Assembly: GCA_963768055.1 (NCBI GenBank)
Contig: CAVYGN010000001.1
Coordinates: 928,001-992,000, forward strand
From: an uncultured Spirochaetota bacterium
GTDB lineage: Bacteria; Spirochaetota; Brevinematia; Brevinematales; JAOACQ01
Reading direction: 5' to 3'
DNA: 64,000 bases
Part shown: in pieces, positions 20,423 through 30,692 of the stretch
Layout: the number at the start of each line of letters is the position of its first letter
Position numbering within the stretch: the first letter of the stretch is position 1
Made by a program: the position numbers and the translations under genes
Notes under the pieces: model-generated
Told to the model about the DNA's origin: nothing
What the model saw: the letters and a program-made list of their open reading frames with translations, nothing else
Database searches by the model: none

Positions 20423-20481
20423 AAACTCCTCCCTTTAAAAAATTTCGTTTATAATAACATTTTTTTCAAGTAATGACAATT

Positions 20482-21132
20482 TTACTTTTCTTCTTTCCTG
20501 CTTATCAGCATAAATATATCGGTCAGCCTGGCTATATATTCCTTTTTGACCTCTTTGAAATTTGACATGTTGCTATAGGCTATCCTCTCCTTTATTGTAA
20601 CAAAATTGATGATCAGGGAAATGCAAAGCATTTTATCCATAATAGACATATGCCCGAATTCGAAAGAATTATCCCTCATGATAGATTCCATTTTATCCCA
20701 CATCGGGTTGATAAAGTTTATTATATCCATCTTTGTCTTGGGAGTTTCGAGAAGGGTTTCGGATAACAGGATCTTAATGATGTTAGAGTTGGTATCGATA
20801 TAATTGACGGCGATATCAAGCATATCATGGAGAATATTTTTATAATTGTTGCTGGGCTTGACATCTATCGAAGACAGGAGCAAATCCACCTTGCCGAGGT
20901 GTTTTTGTAAAATACTTATAAAAAGCCCTTCCTTGCTTGAAAAGTAATAATAAATCATCGCCTTGTTGATCTCGGCTTTTTTAGCGATCTCGTCGATCGA
21001 TACTCCGTCGAAACCCTTGTCGGCAAAAAGTATTTCCGCGCTTTCGAGAATACTCGATTTAATATCCGGCTTTTCAGTATCCATATAAATTCTCCAAAGA
21101 GATATTCTAACATATCGGAGCGCGGTGTTCAA
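20482..21132 (-). CDS. TetR/AcrR-family regulator
   Basis: ILESAEILFADKGFDGVSIDEIA...MIYYYFSSKEGL HTH; true start may be the ATG at 21084. Confidence 0.9.
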   Translation of the reverse strand: MNTALRYVRISLWRIYMDTEKPDIKSSILESAEILFADKGFDGVSIDEIAKKAEINKAMIYYYFSSKEGLFISILQKHLGKVDLLLSSIDVKPSNNYKNILHDMLDIAVNYIDTNSNIIKILLSETLLETPKTKMDIINFINPMWDKMESIMRDNSFEFGHMSIMDKMLCISLIINFVTIKERIAYSNMSNFKEVKKEYIARLTDIFMLISRKEEK

Positions 21133-21210
21133 ATAAATTATTTGCGATACAAAAGAAAATTTTCGAAAATGTTATTGACTCGTTAATAAACCCTGATTAA
21201 ACTAGTATTT

Positions 21211-21984
21211 ATGAAATACGCGGGGTTTAATATGAAAATTATCAGGGCGGTTCTTCTTACCGCAGGTTCTATCCTGGCACTGCTTATCCTTGCTTACGCA
21301 GGTTACGGGTTTTATTTTTCTTCAAAAGTAAACGCTATGCCCGAAGTAAAGAAATTTACAGACCTTGAAGGCAGGAGGGCGTCCGGTGGAAATTACATAA
21401 CAAACGATAAAAACGGCGATTATTTAATTTTCCCGGGCAAAAAAAACAAAGACGAGGGAGTTATCATTTATCCCGCAGCTTTCTCGGATGAAAAAGGATA
21501 TATACCCGAGGCGTTTAAATTCGCGGATGAGGGTTACTCGGTTTTTATCGCGAAAATGCCATTAAGGCTTTCAATGTTGAATACTGAAAACGGCTTGAAT
21601 TATACTCTGAGTTATAAAAACATAAAAAAATGGTATATTATCGGACACTCCCAGGGCGGCCTCGCAGCATCAGTTTTTGCGGATAAACATCCTGATAAAA
21701 TCTCCGGCCTGATCCTCATGGCGAGCGGCCCGCTGCCGGATATGAAAAAATCGAAAATTAAATCGCTCCTCTTCTTTGCGACCAGGGACGGCTATTTCAG
21801 CAGGGCGGCATTCGAAGCTGCAAAAAAGGGGCTTCCCGCCGATACGGATTATTATACCATAGAGGGCGGGAACCATTCTCAATTCGGGTTATACCCTTTA
21901 ATGCCGGGAGACAAAAAGGCCGGCATAACGCTCGAAGAACAGCAGAAAGAGGTTATTGCTGAGATCCTGAAATTCCTTAAGTAG
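21211..21984 (+). CDS. Membrane-anchored alpha/beta hydrolase
   Basis: N-terminal TM, GHSQGG nucleophile elbow, TRDG, GGNHSQFG. Confidence 0.85.
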   Translation: MKYAGFNMKIIRAVLLTAGSILALLILAYAGYGFYFSSKVNAMPEVKKFTDLEGRRASGGNYITNDKNGDYLIFPGKKNKDEGVIIYPAAFSDEKGYIPEAFKFADEGYSVFIAKMPLRLSMLNTENGLNYTLSYKNIKKWYIIGHSQGGLAASVFADKHPDKISGLILMASGPLPDMKKSKIKSLLFFATRDGYFSRAAFEAAKKGLPADTDYYTIEGGNHSQFGLYPLMPGDKKAGITLEEQQKEVIAEILKFLK

Positions 21985-21999
21985 CGAAAATCGAAATGC

Positions 22000-23280
22000 C
22001 TATTTATGAAATAATTGAATAACAGTGCTCGTTCCTAACGAACATATCAGCAGATATATAATTATCAGGACAAATTTTTCCCATTTGAGCAGCTTGTATT
22101 GTTCGGGCAGCACCCTCCATCCGAGGGCGATTAAAAAACCCAGCACGACCGGCAAAAGAAGGGCATTTATAACCTCAATCCCTATTGTCAGTGAAATTAA
22201 TGGAATACCTATCAATACAAGAACTGCCGCAAGTATTATAGACCCGCTGTATAAACCGTAAAAAACGGGGGCTTCTTTCCATGTACAGTTCAGGCTGCAT
22301 GGCACTTTTAATATTTCACCGTATGCCCATGAAGTCGCCAGGGAAACGACTATGGCTGCGATCAAAGCGGCGCCCGTTATGCCGGCGGCGAAAAGTATCC
22401 TGCCTATAAAAGATCCCAGGAAGGGCGTAATTGCATCGGCGATCTGCTGTACGTTGTCAAGAGGCGCATTGGGATTGGTTCGTCCGATAGTTGCGGCGGT
22501 TACTATCAATACACAGCACATAATGACCTGTGTGACTATAGACCCGGCGGCAGTGTCGAGCCTGCTGAAATTGATTACCTTATGCGACAGGCCTTTATCT
22601 ACAACCGCGCCCTGCTGGTAAAATATCATCCAGGGCATTATGACAGCCCCGACATTCGCGGCTATAAGTATCCAGAATGATTTACTTTTAATCGGCAGGC
22701 TTCCGGCCGCTTGAATTATCGCATGAAAATCAGGCTTTGAGAATACCGCAACTACAATAAATATCAGTTCGAAAAGACCGACAAATAATGCAATCCGCTC
22801 GACAATTTTATATTTTCCTGTGCAGGAAATTAATATTAATACCAGAGCGGCTGAAAGTATCATCAGCCATTGCGGTACTCCAAATAATACACTTACGCCC
22901 GCTATTCCCGCAAATTCAGTCACAAGGGCGCCTATTGCCGTTACAAACAGGGTAATAACCGATACCCATGCCCATTTTGCGCCGAAAGTATCGCGTATCA
23001 ATTCCGCATGGCCCTTCCCGGTCGTTATGCCGATCCGTACGGTCAATTCCTGCACAATATACAGAACAGGTACAAGAACCACCTGCAAAATTAAAAGTTT
23101 GTACCCCCATTGAGCGCCCGATTGCGCGGCGGTAATTATCGAACCGGCATCGGTATCGGCTAACATAACAGTTAACCCGGGCCCGATTGTTGCAAGCAAT
23201 ACAATCCATGTTAACTTTTTTGATTTTGAAGGGGAAACACTTTTTTTTCCAGGCGAAGGTTCATGAAAGCCCTGCTCCAT
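22000..23280 (-). CDS. NRAMP-family divalent metal transporter
   Basis: GPG...DTDAGS, QSGAQWGY, GAVIMPW motifs; about 11 TM. Confidence 0.88.
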   Translation of the reverse strand: MEQGFHEPSPGKKSVSPSKSKKLTWIVLLATIGPGLTVMLADTDAGSIITAAQSGAQWGYKLLILQVVLVPVLYIVQELTVRIGITTGKGHAELIRDTFGAKWAWVSVITLFVTAIGALVTEFAGIAGVSVLFGVPQWLMILSAALVLILISCTGKYKIVERIALFVGLFELIFIVVAVFSKPDFHAIIQAAGSLPIKSKSFWILIAANVGAVIMPWMIFYQQGAVVDKGLSHKVINFSRLDTAAGSIVTQVIMCCVLIVTAATIGRTNPNAPLDNVQQIADAITPFLGSFIGRILFAAGITGAALIAAIVVSLATSWAYGEILKVPCSLNCTWKEAPVFYGLYSGSIILAAVLVLIGIPLISLTIGIEVINALLLPVVLGFLIALGWRVLPEQYKLLKWEKFVLIIIYLLICSLGTSTVIQLFHK

Positions 23281-23309
23281 ATTTTATTGCTCCCTCTGCA
23301 TGTTAATAT

Positions 23310-23353
23310 TGATAATCAATATCATTTATAATATACAGATAAGATTTTGTCAA
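23310..23353 (-). promoter_or_regulatory. Sigma-70 promoter with Fur-like box for the NRAMP gene
   Basis: TTGACA(23353-23348)-N17-TATAAA(23330-23325) immediately followed by TGATAAT-C-AATATCA (23310-23324), one mismatch to the 7-1-7 Fur consensus. Confidence 0.65.
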
Positions 23354-23412
23354 TATTAGCTTTTAAAATTAGCTTTTAAAATCGTTATTTCAGTAAAACA
23401 GCCTTTTAACGG

Positions 23413-24810
23413 TTAAATTTTTTCGGTTTCGAATTTTACGGCCGGATTTATTGGAATGGCTCTCTTTTTCCATCTTCCCGATAAATAATAAAGCAGGCTG
23501 GTAATCGCGGTCAGGAATAGGCTCATGACAATTGCAAGCCAGATGCCGTCGATCCCGAGGCCCGTACGGCTCAGAAACCCCGCAAAGGGTATCCTGACCA
23601 GGCAGAGCGATACCAGGGTAATCAGCATTGTCGTAATAGTTTTTCCAGCCCCGTTTATAACCCCGTTAGAAACATAAATAAGCGTATAAAAAAGATAGCC
23701 CAGGCCGACTATGTGGAAGTATTTTATCCCGTTCACGATCACTTCCGGGTCGCGTACGAATAATTTCATAACCGTTTCGGGGAACAGATAACAAAGCATG
23801 GATATCGAAAGCACTACCGGAATATTGACAATAATTCCCCATTTGAATATTTCTTTAATCCTTTCCGGCTTATTCGCGCCCAGATTTTGAGCGGTCAGGG
23901 CTGAAACGCTCATCATGACAGCCATTGCCGGCATTGCCACTATTCCGTCTATCCTTCCGGCTATTCCGAACGCTGCGATTGCCGGCGGACCGAAGCTGTT
24001 GACAAATACCGTAATAAAACCGTAACCCATGGAAATGAGGATCTGCTGGATAAAAGACGGCAGGCCGATCATCACGATCTTTGAAATTACATATCCTTCT
24101 AAAGAAAGCCCTGAGGGATTAACCGGCAGATCGCGGTACTTTACCCTGCTGTAGATTATTCCGGCTATGGTAGCCGTGGAAGAGGCTATAAGGGTCGCGA
24201 ACGCGGCTCCGTTAAGGCCCAGCCGGGGGATGGGGCCCAGGCCCATGATAAGAACAGGGTCGAGAATAGCGTTTATAACCGTCGAAATGATTATAAATGT
24301 CATCGGAGTGACAGTATTGCCTATTCCCCTGAGGATTGAAACAACCAGGGTTGAAAGATACATAAAGATAAAAGAGATAAAAGTGATCTTTAAATAAGAG
24401 GAAGCGATCGGCATGATCTCATCGGGTGTTCCAAGGGCCTTAAGGATAAAACCGGAAAATAAAATCCCTGCGGCCGGGATCAGAATAATTATAAAAATCG
24501 CTATAGATGCGGAATTGTTTACAACTTTCCGTATCATGGGAAGATTTTTAGCCCCGTATGCCCTTGAAATCATGATCGTTGTGGCAATTGAGGCTCCCGT
24601 AGTCAGGGCGAGCATTCCCAGGAAGAGGGGGAAACTTACGGCGACGGCCCCGACAGCATCCCTTCCCAGAAGGTTTCCAACCCATATTGCGTTTATTATC
24701 CCGTAGCCGGTAGTCAATAAATTACCCAGCAATACCGGCATTGCAAACCTTATCATGTGGCCCGGAATGCCCCCTGTCGTCAAATCTGTTCCGAAATTCC
24801 CTTTCATCAT
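23413..24810 (-). CDS. MATE efflux transporter
   Basis: DLTTG, LRGIGNT, NAILDPVLI, GAAFAT and QNLGA motifs; 12 TM. Confidence 0.92.
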   Translation of the reverse strand: MMKGNFGTDLTTGGIPGHMIRFAMPVLLGNLLTTGYGIINAIWVGNLLGRDAVGAVAVSFPLFLGMLALTTGASIATTIMISRAYGAKNLPMIRKVVNNSASIAIFIIILIPAAGILFSGFILKALGTPDEIMPIASSYLKITFISFIFMYLSTLVVSILRGIGNTVTPMTFIIISTVINAILDPVLIMGLGPIPRLGLNGAAFATLIASSTATIAGIIYSRVKYRDLPVNPSGLSLEGYVISKIVMIGLPSFIQQILISMGYGFITVFVNSFGPPAIAAFGIAGRIDGIVAMPAMAVMMSVSALTAQNLGANKPERIKEIFKWGIIVNIPVVLSISMLCYLFPETVMKLFVRDPEVIVNGIKYFHIVGLGYLFYTLIYVSNGVINGAGKTITTMLITLVSLCLVRIPFAGFLSRTGLGIDGIWLAIVMSLFLTAITSLLYYLSGRWKKRAIPINPAVKFETEKI

Positions 24811-24822
24811 TTCCCTCTCTAT

Positions 24823-25518
24823 TTATTTTATTAATGGAATAGGCATAGCCTTCAATTCTTCCAGTATTTCAGCGATATATTTTTTCACCTCCGCCTCTTC
24901 AAAATCAGTCCTTAAGGCGTTAAGATTGTAAACTATAATTCCGAAAGCAGAATCTGTAAGATCTTTCAAGCCGTCGCCTTCCAGCCAGTCGATAATGTGA
25001 TAATGCAATATACCTTCATATGATAGAGCGGCTAACCTCAGGTCCGGAACGCTTATCAGATCACTTTCCATGAAATATTTAAGCCATTCTTCCATCCTTT
25101 TATTGCTGTTTCTCATATTAAGAGACAATTTTTTTTCGAAATCAGGGTTGATGGCTACGGCTTCGATTAAAAGGAGCCTTGCCAGGTCCCGTTTAGTCTG
25201 ATACATCCATAGCGCGGTCGTTAGAGTCCTGGCGAAGTTCCTGACAAATCCGCATTTTTCATAAACAATGACGCTTTCGACAGTATCCCGGATCAATCCC
25301 GAGATCTCGTCATATAAAACTGAAAAAAGTTCTTCCTTGCTTTTAAAATAAAAATAAAAACTCCCGACGGAGATGCCGGCTTCGTCGACAATATCTTTCA
25401 CCGTGGTATTGTGGTAGCCCTTCCGGGCAAAAACCTCTGTCGCGGTATTCAAAATATGAAGTTTCTTCGCGTCTTTCCTGTCCTGGGTTTCTTTCGATGT
25501 TCTGTACGGCATTTTCAA
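24823..25518 (-). CDS. TetR-family regulator
   Basis: N-terminal TetR HTH (FARKGYHNTTVKDI...SFYFYFKSKEEL); probably cotranscribed with the MATE gene. Confidence 0.9.
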   Translation of the reverse strand: MKMPYRTSKETQDRKDAKKLHILNTATEVFARKGYHNTTVKDIVDEAGISVGSFYFYFKSKEELFSVLYDEISGLIRDTVESVIVYEKCGFVRNFARTLTTALWMYQTKRDLARLLLIEAVAINPDFEKKLSLNMRNSNKRMEEWLKYFMESDLISVPDLRLAALSYEGILHYHIIDWLEGDGLKDLTDSAFGIIVYNLNALRTDFEEAEVKKYIAEILEELKAMPIPLIK

Positions 25519-25528
25519 TCCTCATTCC

Positions 25529-25588
25529 AAGTATAGAATGAATACTCATTCTATACTTCATTTTAATATTATTTTTAATATGTGTCAA
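25529..25588 (-). promoter_or_regulatory. Promoter and TetR operator of tetR-MATE
   Basis: TTGACA(25588-25583)-N17-TAAAAT(25565-25560) followed by a perfect 13-4-13 palindrome AAGTATAGAATGA-ATAC-TCATTCTATACTT (25529-25558). Confidence 0.75.
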
Positions 25589-25706
25589 ATTTATTTTAAT
25601 AAGAGTTTGCTTACGGGTAAACGCGAAGTTAATTTCAATACAGAAAATTTTATTTGACATCCGGGAGGTCTGTAAATATATTTAAAAATCAAATAAAGGG
25701 GGCAAT

Positions 25707-26627
25707 ATGGCAAAGACTATCACAATTGCAAACGGCGAGTTGACTGTATCGTCTATCATACTAGGTTGCATGAGAATCACCCGGATCTCGAAGAAGGAGG
25801 CTTCAAACCTTGTCAGCACCGCCCTGGAAGCAGGGATTAATTTTTTCGATCACGCCGATGTTTACAGCGACGGAAAATGCGAGGAGGTTTTCGCGGAGGC
25901 CGTGAATATGACCCCTGCCGTCAGGGAGAAGATCATCCTGCAGACAAAATGCGGCATCGGGAAGGGATCCTACGATTTTTCTAAGGAGCATATTCTTGAT
26001 GCCGTTAACGGAAGCTTGAAACGTTTGAAAACCGAATACCTGGACGTACTACTCCTTCACCGGCCCGACGCGCTTGTAGAACCGGAAGATGTTGCCGAAG
26101 CTTTCGCCCTGCTGCATTCCAGCGGAAAGGTAAGGTATTTCGGGGTAAGCAATCACAATCCGATGCAGATAGAGCTTCTTAACAGGTACATGAACCACAG
26201 GATTATTTTCAACCAGCTTCAGCTCAGCATAACAAATACGGGAATGCTGGATTCGGGGCTTAACGTCAACATGAAGAACGAACCGTCCGTAAACAGGGAC
26301 GGCAGCATCATGGATTACTGCCGGCTGAACGATATTACCGTCCAGGCATGGTCGCCGTTCCAGTACGGCTTTTTTGAAGGCGTATTCCTCGATAATGAAA
26401 AATTTCCCGTATTGAACAAAAAGATCGATGAAATAGCCGCTCTGAAGGGAGTCCCGAATACAGCTGTCGCTGTCGCATGGATCCTCAGACATCCCGCAGG
26501 AATCCAGGTCATTGTGGGAACGACGAACGCCTCACGTCTGAAGGATATGGCAAAGGCGACGGATATAACCTTATCCCGGCAGGAGTGGTATGAAATCTAC
26601 CTTGCGGCGGGGAATAAGCTGCCGTGA
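25707..26627 (+). CDS. Aldo/keto reductase (YdhF/YcsN-like)
   Basis: GCMR, FDHADVY, TKCGI, LLLHRPD, FGVSN and AWSP motifs. Confidence 0.9.
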   Translation: MAKTITIANGELTVSSIILGCMRITRISKKEASNLVSTALEAGINFFDHADVYSDGKCEEVFAEAVNMTPAVREKIILQTKCGIGKGSYDFSKEHILDAVNGSLKRLKTEYLDVLLLHRPDALVEPEDVAEAFALLHSSGKVRYFGVSNHNPMQIELLNRYMNHRIIFNQLQLSITNTGMLDSGLNVNMKNEPSVNRDGSIMDYCRLNDITVQAWSPFQYGFFEGVFLDNEKFPVLNKKIDEIAALKGVPNTAVAVAWILRHPAGIQVIVGTTNASRLKDMAKATDITLSRQEWYEIYLAAGNKLP

Positions 26628-27010
26628 GGCTTTACGGAAAATGCCTTCAATAATTCATCTGTCATCTCATCCGCTTTTGGATCAAACGAATTGCAAAATA
26701 CAAAATTGTCCCGATTAAAATTACTATAAACCACCATGGCATATCATGCATATCAAAGCTCCCAACAGCAGCTTGAACCTTGCATTAACATATCGTATCG
26801 GATTCAATTCGTCAAGCAACTGACAGGTACGAAATTCGAAGTGCGGCGTCAGTCGACCGTTGACCGATAGATTATGCTAAAATCGGAAATTTTATTATAT
26901 TTTTACTAATGATAAAATAGTTTTGCGCTTATCATCATATTTAAAAATAATCATATTTAAAAGTTTTTATTGCTTGGTTTGCGCTGTCTGAAGTTAAATA
27001 AGGGGCTGCA

Positions 27011-28393
27011 ATGAAAATAATCTTGTTGTTTCTTCTTATTTCAGGTTTATTTCTGATAGTTATCGGCGTAAGGCTCATTATCAGATTGTCAAAGCTATAC
27101 AAGATGCAGGGCGACATAGAGCTTGCCATAAGCGAAGGCCGGTACGGGAAGGCCCTGGAGCTTTCAAAGGGATATTTTAAAGATTATCGCTCATATTTAG
27201 CATATTATTATATGGCAAGGGCATACGAAGGCTTGCAGGATGCGGAAAACGCCGTCAAATACTATGACGATTTAATTACATATTTTGATAAAGAGTTAAG
27301 AAAGCATTTCAGGGTAGAGGTTTTGATCAGGATCGGGGACCTGTACAATAAAAATAAGGATTATATCACGGCTTCAGGGTATTATGTACTGGCCCTCAAG
27401 GAAGATCCGACGGAGATCATGGCCTTATTCCAGCTTGCCGGAATTTATTATAATTCTAAAAACTATCAGAAGGCAATTACAAACCTGAAAAAAGTCCTTG
27501 TTTTAAAACCGGATTCCTGGCAGGCATTCAGCCTTCTGGGAAAGGCCTATAATAAAACAGGCAATTACCAGAAAGCCGCTTATGCTTTTGAAAGCGCGCT
27601 GGCGCTCCCGGTAAGCGATATCATTGAAAAGAACGATATCAGCTTCCGGCTGGCTGAAGTCTATACCGATTCGAAATGTTACAACGAGGCGATCAAAGTT
27701 CTCAAAACACTTCTTAACGAAAAGGATTATGCCGAAGATTCACTTCTAAAGATCCTCGAGAACATGATACGGATTAACCATCTTGAAGAGGCAATAAATA
27801 TAGTGGCGGCCTATTCCGGCAAACTCACAAGTAAAACCAAGGATAAAGTTTTTTATATGCTTGGCAGGGCTTATTTCGACCAGTGTTCATATCTGCAGGC
27901 GGTCGATTCATGGTTCAAAGCCTACGAGATAAATCCCGATTTTGCCGATCTTAAAGAACTGCTTGAAAGGTACAAGGTGCTGCTTGACAATCCCCTGCTG
28001 GAAGACTATTATTCGGGCGATGATGAAATATTCAATGAATTTATTTACAGCCGTCTGGGCCTCCATTCGACCCAGATAGTAATTTTAGAAAAAAGCAGGC
28101 ATGATATATCCAGGGGTGAAGATATAAGCTGCAGTCTGGAAAAGGGCAATTTTGTAATCTTCAGGGAAGATAATTCAAAATGTCATGTTTTTTTCAGGCG
28201 TCCTTATGAAATGAACGTATCCGATTTAAAAAAAATGGAAGAAGCGCTGATGAGCGGCCATGTGGCAAATTTGAAATGCATGCTGTATACCCTTTTCGGA
28301 ACATCCCGGGAAACCAAGGAGTACGGGTTCTATAAAAAGGTGATGGAATTCAGCGGAGACCAGTTTATCCTGGCATTCTTTAAAAATATATAA
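27011..28393 (+). CDS. Membrane-anchored TPR protein (paralog of 53830..55188)
   Basis: N-terminal TM, multiple TPRs, shared C-terminal motif YTLFG...KEY.FYK...E.SG..F. Confidence 0.75.
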   Translation: MKIILLFLLISGLFLIVIGVRLIIRLSKLYKMQGDIELAISEGRYGKALELSKGYFKDYRSYLAYYYMARAYEGLQDAENAVKYYDDLITYFDKELRKHFRVEVLIRIGDLYNKNKDYITASGYYVLALKEDPTEIMALFQLAGIYYNSKNYQKAITNLKKVLVLKPDSWQAFSLLGKAYNKTGNYQKAAYAFESALALPVSDIIEKNDISFRLAEVYTDSKCYNEAIKVLKTLLNEKDYAEDSLLKILENMIRINHLEEAINIVAAYSGKLTSKTKDKVFYMLGRAYFDQCSYLQAVDSWFKAYEINPDFADLKELLERYKVLLDNPLLEDYYSGDDEIFNEFIYSRLGLHSTQIVILEKSRHDISRGEDISCSLEKGNFVIFREDNSKCHVFFRRPYEMNVSDLKKMEEALMSGHVANLKCMLYTLFGTSRETKEYGFYKKVMEFSGDQFILAFFKNI

Positions 28394-28411
28394 CGAGGGG
28401 CGAGGGTAACT

Positions 28412-28552
28412 ATTCCGCCATCAAACAGGCTCGAAAAATTAAAAAAAGACAGGGAAGGACAATATAGTATAAGAATTAATGATCAATGGAGAATATGTTT
28501 CAAGTGGTCGGAAAATAATTCTCATGATGTCGAAATTGCAGATTACCATTAA
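28412..28552 (+). pseudogene. higB: C-terminal half of HigB (RelE-type) toxin
   Basis: Translates [46 protein letters not shown]; no start codon, N-terminal half missing; directly upstream of higA. Confidence 0.85.
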
Positions 28553-28866
28553 TGGAGGATTATATGAATAAATTACCTAATATACATCCAGGTGAAATTC
28601 TGGAGGAAGAATTTTTAAAACCCTATCATATCACTTCTTACAGGCTTGCAAAAGAAACTCATATTCCCGCTACCAGAATTGCGGAAATTTTAAAATTTAA
28701 AAGAAAAATTTCAACCGATACCGCATTAAGGCTTTCAAAATTTTTCGGAAATTCTCCGGAATTCTGGCTCGGCCTGCAGATGGAATATGATTTAAGGGAA
28801 GAAAAAAACGAAATTAATAAAGATTTAGACATGATTCATAATATTAAAGACCTGGAATTAGCGTGA
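28552..28866 (+). CDS. higA: HigA antitoxin (Xre HTH)
   Basis: IHPGEILEEEFL, TALRLSKFFG and EFWLGLQ.YDL; real start probably ATG 28564 after GGAGG. Confidence 0.92.
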   Translation: MEDYMNKLPNIHPGEILEEEFLKPYHITSYRLAKETHIPATRIAEILKFKRKISTDTALRLSKFFGNSPEFWLGLQMEYDLREEKNEINKDLDMIHNIKDLELA

Positions 28867-28903
28867 AGGAACTGTCCGCGAAGGCATGCAAAAAAGGTAA
28901 AGA

Positions 28904-29524
28904 ATGGAACAATTTATAGACCTGACCCATATTATAGAAAATTCAATGCCTGTGTATCCGGGAGACCCTGAAGTAGAGTTGAAAAGGATAAAAGAGCTTA
29001 AAACTGACGATTATAATGATTTCAGGCTCGGGATCTCGATGCATGCCGGGACGCATATCGATTCGCCGATGCATCTCACAGAAAGGGAAGAATATATATC
29101 TTCAATTCCATTGCGGCGGTTTATCGGAGAGGGGCAAGTACTCGATGTCTCATCGCAGCCGGTAATAAAAATGAAACCCGAATATATTGAAAAAATAAAG
29201 GACGGCTGCATTGCTTTATTATACACCGGTTTTGATAAAAAAAACGGAAAACCCGAATATTTCGAAGGACATCCGATCGTGGATAAGGAACTTGCCGGAT
29301 TTTTAATAAAAAGAAATATCAAAATGCTGGGCATCGATATGCCTTCGCCGGACAGGCCTCCCTTCGAGATACATAAAATGCTTTTCGAGCATAACATACT
29401 GATAGCGGAGAACCTGACGAATCTTGATAAATTACTGTATGCAGGTTATTTCGAAGTTATGGCTTTCCCATTGAAAATCATGGCCGACAGTTCGATAGCC
29501 AGAGTCATCGCAAGGGTACCCTGA
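28904..29524 (+). CDS. Cyclase family metal-dependent hydrolase (KynB-like)
   Basis: HAGTHIDSPMH motif, GIDMPSPD, IAENL. Confidence 0.88.
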   Translation: MEQFIDLTHIIENSMPVYPGDPEVELKRIKELKTDDYNDFRLGISMHAGTHIDSPMHLTEREEYISSIPLRRFIGEGQVLDVSSQPVIKMKPEYIEKIKDGCIALLYTGFDKKNGKPEYFEGHPIVDKELAGFLIKRNIKMLGIDMPSPDRPPFEIHKMLFEHNILIAENLTNLDKLLYAGYFEVMAFPLKIMADSSIARVIARVP

Positions 29525-29670
29525 CAATGGGTTAATGAGTCGGCATTCAAAATCCGGTTTGACACGATGTTATAGTCCTGTTATAATTGTTACGGCCTTT
29601 GAAAGCGACAAAAAAGATGAGCCATTCGGGAAATATCGTTTAAGATATAAAAATTTCCAGGAGGCTATCA

Positions 29671-30372
29671 GTGAAAAAAACCGTTTTGTTACTTTGTTTG
29701 TTCGCTCTTCTTATTCCGGGAGCCCTTTTCGGCGCGTCTGTTGAAGGAAAAATACTGGATAAAGTTCCGGCCGAACCAGCAAATCTCGCCGACACAAATC
29801 TGCTCGTCCCAAAGCTGAAAGTTTTTAAAAGTGAAATTTCTAAAGCTTATTCGAACTGTGAAGCAGTAATCGAGAAATACTCAACCGCCCCACCGACCAT
29901 GAATATAGATGATTTAAAGTCTATGCAGGAAATCCAGAAGGTCACAATGTCAATAAATGATGATTATGGTACAGCCAGGGAAAAAATCAGCGGTGAAATT
30001 AACGGCATTACCGATGACCGCCAGGCAAAACTCAATGCAATCGACGAAAAATACCATCAACAGATTTCAGATCTTAGTGGTACCGCAAATGACCAGAAGG
30101 CTAAAGACTTGAACGCAAAAAGGATTGCCGAGATCGATGCGCAAAACCAGAAATCATGGGCCGATTTGATCACAAAACTCGCTGATTACAAGAAATTACT
30201 CAGCGATATGATCGCCGCAAACAGTGCTGTCGTCGCCAAGGCCCTCGCTAAAAAAAGCGGAACGATACAGACCCAGGGTACCCAGCTCCGGTTTCAGTTA
30301 TTGAAAGCGATTGATCAATATTGTGATACAATAGCTGACCTTGCCGGTATTAAACTGGACGACGATAATTAG
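29671..30372 (+). CDS. Secreted coiled-coil hypothetical protein
   Basis: GTG start after GGAGG, signal peptide, helical K/D/A-rich body. Confidence 0.7.
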   Translation: MKKTVLLLCLFALLIPGALFGASVEGKILDKVPAEPANLADTNLLVPKLKVFKSEISKAYSNCEAVIEKYSTAPPTMNIDDLKSMQEIQKVTMSINDDYGTAREKISGEINGITDDRQAKLNAIDEKYHQQISDLSGTANDQKAKDLNAKRIAEIDAQNQKSWADLITKLADYKKLLSDMIAANSAVVAKALAKKSGTIQTQGTQLRFQLLKAIDQYCDTIADLAGIKLDDDN

Positions 30373-30508
30373 AGTTTACGGTTATGTAAAATAAAACGGG
30401 AGGCTTCGACACTTCTCCTTGCCGGCGGCATCCGGTGGACTTATGACAAAACATACCCTGTCTTTACTGTCGAAAGCTATTACATGATTGCGGAAAACTT
30501 ACGGTTGC

Positions 30509-30601
30509 CGGATAGGAGACGTATTCGCTTATATATGTTTTGCCGGGCTGGTTTTTCTTATTATCCTGGCATTGTTCAGCAGGGAAAAAGTAGTCCGCTA
30601 A
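30509..30601 (+). pseudogene. C-terminal remnant resembling Lnt/nitrilase-family membrane protein
   Basis: RIGDVFAYICFAGLVFLIILALFSREKVVR* resembles the R.GD.F terminal TM helix of apolipoprotein N-acyltransferases; no upstream body. Confidence 0.4.
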
Positions 30602-30692
30602 GTCACACGAAGGGGATTTGCAGACCTTCGGCGCGGTTTCGCAGAAAGTGAATACCGCCACAGTTCAAATTTGAAATACAATGTAGGTTGTT

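Noticed and set aside
26640..26900. Small minus-strand hydrophobic peptide (MPWWFIVILIGTILYFAIRLIQKRMR)
   Set aside because: 26 aa, no RBS or homology evidence
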